Of a stretch of DNA of 64,000 nucleotides, positions 60,751 to 64,000 are shown piece after piece (positions within the stretch are counted from its first letter, which is position 1; each line of letters starts with the position of its first letter). Made by a program: the position numbers and the translations under genes. The stretch comes from Flavobacteriaceae bacterium. GTDB taxonomy: Bacteria > Bacteroidota > Bacteroidia > Flavobacteriales > Flavobacteriaceae. The notes below the pieces were generated by a model. That model had not been told where the DNA came from, did no database searches, and saw only the letters and a list, made by a program, of their open reading frames with translations. Where the stretch lies: the NCBI GenBank assembly GCA_014238425.1, contig JABABD010000020.1, positions 145,536-209,535 on the forward strand, given 5' to 3'.

Positions 60751-60960
60751 ATGATTGCATCGATTCTTGAAATAGGAAATCTTGACGGGCTATTTATCCT
60801 TATTGGTCTCATTATGTTTGGGCCAGCCATTTTACTGGTGATTATCGGCCTTATCATCAGACGAAAAAACAAGAAAGCGGCCAAGGTTCTATTCATACTA
60901 GCCACGGTTTATGTAATTATTAGTTTAGGCATCTGCGGAACGCTTTTAGTTGGTGGTTAA
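60751..60960 (+). CDS. 69-aa hairpin membrane peptide, paralog of the preceding gene
   Basis: ...IIRRKNKKAAKVLFILATVYVIISLGICGTLLVGG. Its ATG directly abuts the previous stop. Confidence 0.4.
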   Translation: MIASILEIGNLDGLFILIGLIMFGPAILLVIIGLIIRRKNKKAAKVLFILATVYVIISLGICGTLLVGG

Positions 60961-61338
60961 TTACAATCGCTTCAACACCCAAAGCCCATAAAAGCCTAAA
61001 AAGAGCTCGGCAAAAGTTCCGAATTGATATCCAAAAGTTGGTTCTCCATCCAATAATAGGCTTAGCAATCTTCCAAATCCAAGACCTAGCATAAAGACCA
61101 TATTAGTGATTAGCGCCATTCTTAAATACGCTGACTTGAAAACCCCTAGAATCCACACTATTGAAAACCCTAAGTACAAACCCATAATGGCTTTAAAAAA
61201 ATTGTGCTCGTCAATCGTATTTAAATGGATGTCAAATTGAGCATCGGGTTGAAACCCATACACTAAAGACACAGGAATTACTATCAATACAGAGATGATT
61301 AAATGAATCTTAGTAATGATATGTTTGGCTATACTCAT
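60961..61338 (-). CDS. Small integral membrane protein (DUF4345-like)
   Basis: 4 TM helices. No catalytic motif. Confidence 0.5.
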   Translation of the reverse strand: MSIAKHIITKIHLIISVLIVIPVSLVYGFQPDAQFDIHLNTIDEHNFFKAIMGLYLGFSIVWILGVFKSAYLRMALITNMVFMLGLGFGRLLSLLLDGEPTFGYQFGTFAELFLGFYGLWVLKRL

Positions 61339-61344
61339 CGGATA

Positions 61345-62571
61345 TTAAAACGTGACGTCAGCTTCAATGGTTTCACCATTCCTACTTACCACAATCTTTG
61401 TGGTGTTACCTATATCAAAAGACGATAAAGCCAACATATAGGCCGTCATGTCGGTCACCTCAAAATCCCCAAGCTTAATGACAACATCTCCTTTTTGTAA
61501 TCCTGCTCTTATTGCTGGCGTATCTTCGCGAGTACCATCTATGCGCATACCTTTACCGTCAAATAAATAATCTGGCACAACGCCTAGACCAACTTTAAAT
61601 TTCGGCACATCATCTCTTTCATTTTTAGTTTTTCTGAACACTAGCTTATCCGTCTCGTTCAAATCTGAAATAATAGAAAAAATATAGTCAGAAATAGCAT
61701 ACATGCCTTCGTAGTTCAGTTTTTCAGAATCATCAGAAGGTTTGTGGTAATCTTCATGTTGGCCAGTAAAAAAATGTAATACAGGAATATCGTTCAAATA
61801 AAATGATGTGTGGTCAGATGGGCCAATCCCAGATTCTCTTTCAACCAATTTAAAGTCTCCTTTCATACTATTCAAGGTTTGAGAAAAACGAGGGGAAGTT
61901 CCTGTGCCATATACTGCCAGCGTTTTGTCCGTTTTTAATCTACCTACCATATCCATATTGATCATATAATTAATAGTTTGAGTGCTAATAGTTGGGTTTT
62001 TCACAAAAAAATTAGATCCTAACAACCCTATTTCTTCTCCCGAAAAAGCGATGAACAGATAGTTGTTGTTTGTGTTTTTACTATATAATCTACTCGCTAA
62101 ATTTATCATTACAGACGTACCACTTGCGTTGTCATCGGCGCCATTATGTATTTCTGCACCTCCTCTGTGTAGAGACCCATCTCCACCCAAACCTAAATGG
62201 TCATAGTGCGCTCCAATGACAATCGTTTTGTTAGCGTTATTATCCATAAAACCGATGACATTTGTACCAGTAATTGTGCTATCGGAATTCATGGAAACAT
62301 ATTTTGTGTCTTCATGTGGGTTCGTCTTTGGAAGAAAATTGAATTTTTGCAAATAACCTTCAGTTCCTTTGGCTTCTAGCCCCAACTCTTTAAATCGATT
62401 CGCAATATAGTTAGCTGCTTTTATTTCACCCTCTGTCCCAGTAGCTCGTCCATTTAATTCATCACTAGCTAGATAGGAAATATCTTCCTTGATCAATTTT
62501 TCAGGAATGTGCTTTTTTTTACATGACACTAACACTATAAAAAATACAAGCACAAATAGTTGTTTCATCAC
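61345..62571 (-). CDS. M28-family peptidase with a C-terminal PDZ domain, lipoprotein
   Basis: Lipobox LVSCKK. HYDHLG...DDNASG...EEIGLLGS...DMVG Zn ligands. C-terminal PDZ (GLQKGDVVIKLGDFEV). Confidence 0.7.
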   Translation of the reverse strand: MMKQLFVLVFFIVLVSCKKKHIPEKLIKEDISYLASDELNGRATGTEGEIKAANYIANRFKELGLEAKGTEGYLQKFNFLPKTNPHEDTKYVSMNSDSTITGTNVIGFMDNNANKTIVIGAHYDHLGLGGDGSLHRGGAEIHNGADDNASGTSVMINLASRLYSKNTNNNYLFIAFSGEEIGLLGSNFFVKNPTISTQTINYMINMDMVGRLKTDKTLAVYGTGTSPRFSQTLNSMKGDFKLVERESGIGPSDHTSFYLNDIPVLHFFTGQHEDYHKPSDDSEKLNYEGMYAISDYIFSIISDLNETDKLVFRKTKNERDDVPKFKVGLGVVPDYLFDGKGMRIDGTREDTPAIRAGLQKGDVVIKLGDFEVTDMTAYMLALSSFDIGNTTKIVVSRNGETIEADVTF

Positions 62572-62608
62572 AAATACAGATTAATTTTGTATAAAATTAT
62601 GCAATTAA

Positions 62609-63715
62609 ATGCTCATGAAATCGATTTTCGTATTATTACTTTTCATCACTTTATTTAGCTGTAAAGAGAAAAGCTCTGGTTACGCTACGACAAAGGCCCA
62701 GGAACTTGTTAAGGTAAATAGTGATCTCATCTACCCAGAAGAAACACATTTTAAATCCATACGTCAAGTCACTTTTGGTGGCGATAACGCAGAAGCTTAT
62801 TGGAGTTTTGACGACAAACAGATTATTTTTCAATCTAATAATAAGAAATGGGGTGTTAATTGTGACCAGATGTTTTTGATGAATCGTGCTGATACTTTTG
62901 ATAGTGTTCCGCCTCCAATGATAAGTACTGGAAAAGGCCGAACCACTTGTGCATATTTTTTACCCGACAATAAGAGTTTTGTATACGGCTCTACTCATCT
63001 AGTAGATGATGAGTGCCCAGAAGTTCCTCTTCGAAAAAACGGAAAATATGTATGGCCTGTTTATAATAGTTTCGACATTTTTGTTGCAGATTTAGAAGGT
63101 AATATTACAGCTCAACTTACCAACGAGCCAGGTTACGATGCCGAAGCAACAGTGTCTCCAAAGGGAGATAAAATAGTATTCACCTCTATGCGAAGCGGTG
63201 ATTTAGAATTGTACACCATGAATATTGATGGTTCTAATGTAACTCAAATTACGGATGAATTGGGTTATGACGGTGGCGCCTTCTTCTCACCTGACGGAAC
63301 AAAACTTATTTTCAGGTCATCTCGCCCCAAAACCGAGCAAGACATAAAAGATTATAAAGATTTATTGGCTCAGGGATTGGTAATGCCAACTGATATGGAG
63401 CTGTTTGTTTGCAATGCAGATGGAACAGATTTAAAGCAGTTAACCTTTTTAGGAAATGCCAATTGGAGTCCTTTCTTTCACCCTTCAGGTGATAAAATAT
63501 TATTCTCATCAAATTTTGAAGCTGACAAAGGGTTCCCCTTCAATTTGTATATGATAGATATTGACGGTAAGAATCTTAAACGTATTACTCACGGAGAAAC
63601 ATTTGATGCTTTTCCAGTGTTTTCTAATGACGGGAAATATTTAGCGTTTTCGTCCAACAGAAATAACGGCGGAACGAGAGATACCAATCTCTTTATTGCT
63701 GAGTGGCAAGATTAA
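62609..63715 (+). CDS. TolB-like PD40 beta-propeller repeat lipoprotein
   Basis: Repeated SP(D/K)G..I.F.S.R motifs. Lipobox LFSCKEK. Confidence 0.7.
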   Translation: MLMKSIFVLLLFITLFSCKEKSSGYATTKAQELVKVNSDLIYPEETHFKSIRQVTFGGDNAEAYWSFDDKQIIFQSNNKKWGVNCDQMFLMNRADTFDSVPPPMISTGKGRTTCAYFLPDNKSFVYGSTHLVDDECPEVPLRKNGKYVWPVYNSFDIFVADLEGNITAQLTNEPGYDAEATVSPKGDKIVFTSMRSGDLELYTMNIDGSNVTQITDELGYDGGAFFSPDGTKLIFRSSRPKTEQDIKDYKDLLAQGLVMPTDMELFVCNADGTDLKQLTFLGNANWSPFFHPSGDKILFSSNFEADKGFPFNLYMIDIDGKNLKRITHGETFDAFPVFSNDGKYLAFSSNRNNGGTRDTNLFIAEWQD

Positions 63716-64000
63716 TTTGATTTGTTTAGTCGATTACGCTCGTCTAATTCTTTAATGTTTTCATTAGTCGAAAGTCTTGTGTTTCCAAAATTGAACCGCA
63801 ATCCTAATCTCACCCAGCGGTTGTCAAATCTTGCATAGTATTGGTTATCCTGATTAAGATATTTGTTTGTAACAGTGTAATCGCTTCCTAAAAGTATATC
63901 GTTAGCAGATAGTGATAAAATCCACTTACCCTTGTTAAATGATTTTTTAAGTCCAATATCAATTTGAGTCCTGGTAGAAACCTCAGAAGAACCATCAAAT
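63716..64000 (-). CDS. 3' end of an outer-membrane beta-barrel family protein (partial; continues past the window)
   Basis: The minus-strand frame reads ...YYARFDNRWVRLGLRFNFGNTRLSTNENIKELDERNRLNKSN*, an alternating amphipathic beta-strand C-terminus. Confidence 0.4.

Noticed and set aside
59178-60960. Classifying the radical SAM plus two small peptides as a bona fide RiPP cluster
   Set aside because: The peptides are predicted TM hairpins rather than soluble leader-core precursors, and the enzyme lacks a clear 7-Cys SPASM motif. I kept it as a hypothesis in the findings, not as a call.

Overview
This is an AT-rich chromosomal segment that looks Flavobacteriia/Bacteroidota-like. The signs are a T9SS C-terminal sorting domain, a GH20 hexosaminidase, TAnnTTTG-type -7 promoter motifs and no obvious Shine-Dalgarno use. 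Most of the window is housekeeping: rnhA, a purF-like amidotransferase, sodA/B, kbl, recJ, tdk, alr, mscL, asd, accBC, fabH, rpmF, pdxA, ribE, rbfA, dusB, lgt and rsmI, plus stress genes (OsmC, an AhpD-like protein, Usp). I see no integrase, transposase, CRISPR or recognisable phage structural genes.

The main non-standard content is as follows.

- A very compact array of 15 tRNA genes (29284-30494, ~6-nt spacers, no encoded CCA) that includes several atypical members. Downstream of it lies ~950 bp of gene-free DNA full of tRNA-like fragments.
- A duplicated ~75-nt element between purF and a lipoprotein gene. Each copy has its own promoter-like motif and an intrinsic terminator, so it is a candidate small RNA.
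- A tightly coupled operon encoding an Lgt homolog, a zinc-ribbon radical SAM enzyme and two tandem paralogous Cys-containing mini membrane peptides.
- A gene-free ~700-bp region (27989-28709) holding mutually exclusive terminator/anti-terminator pairings, and a 15-bp duplicate of the tRNA-Met 3' end.

All calls are from reading the sequence and the ORF track. Nothing was run through tRNAscan-SE, BLAST or HMMs, so coordinates of RNA features are approximate to a few nt.
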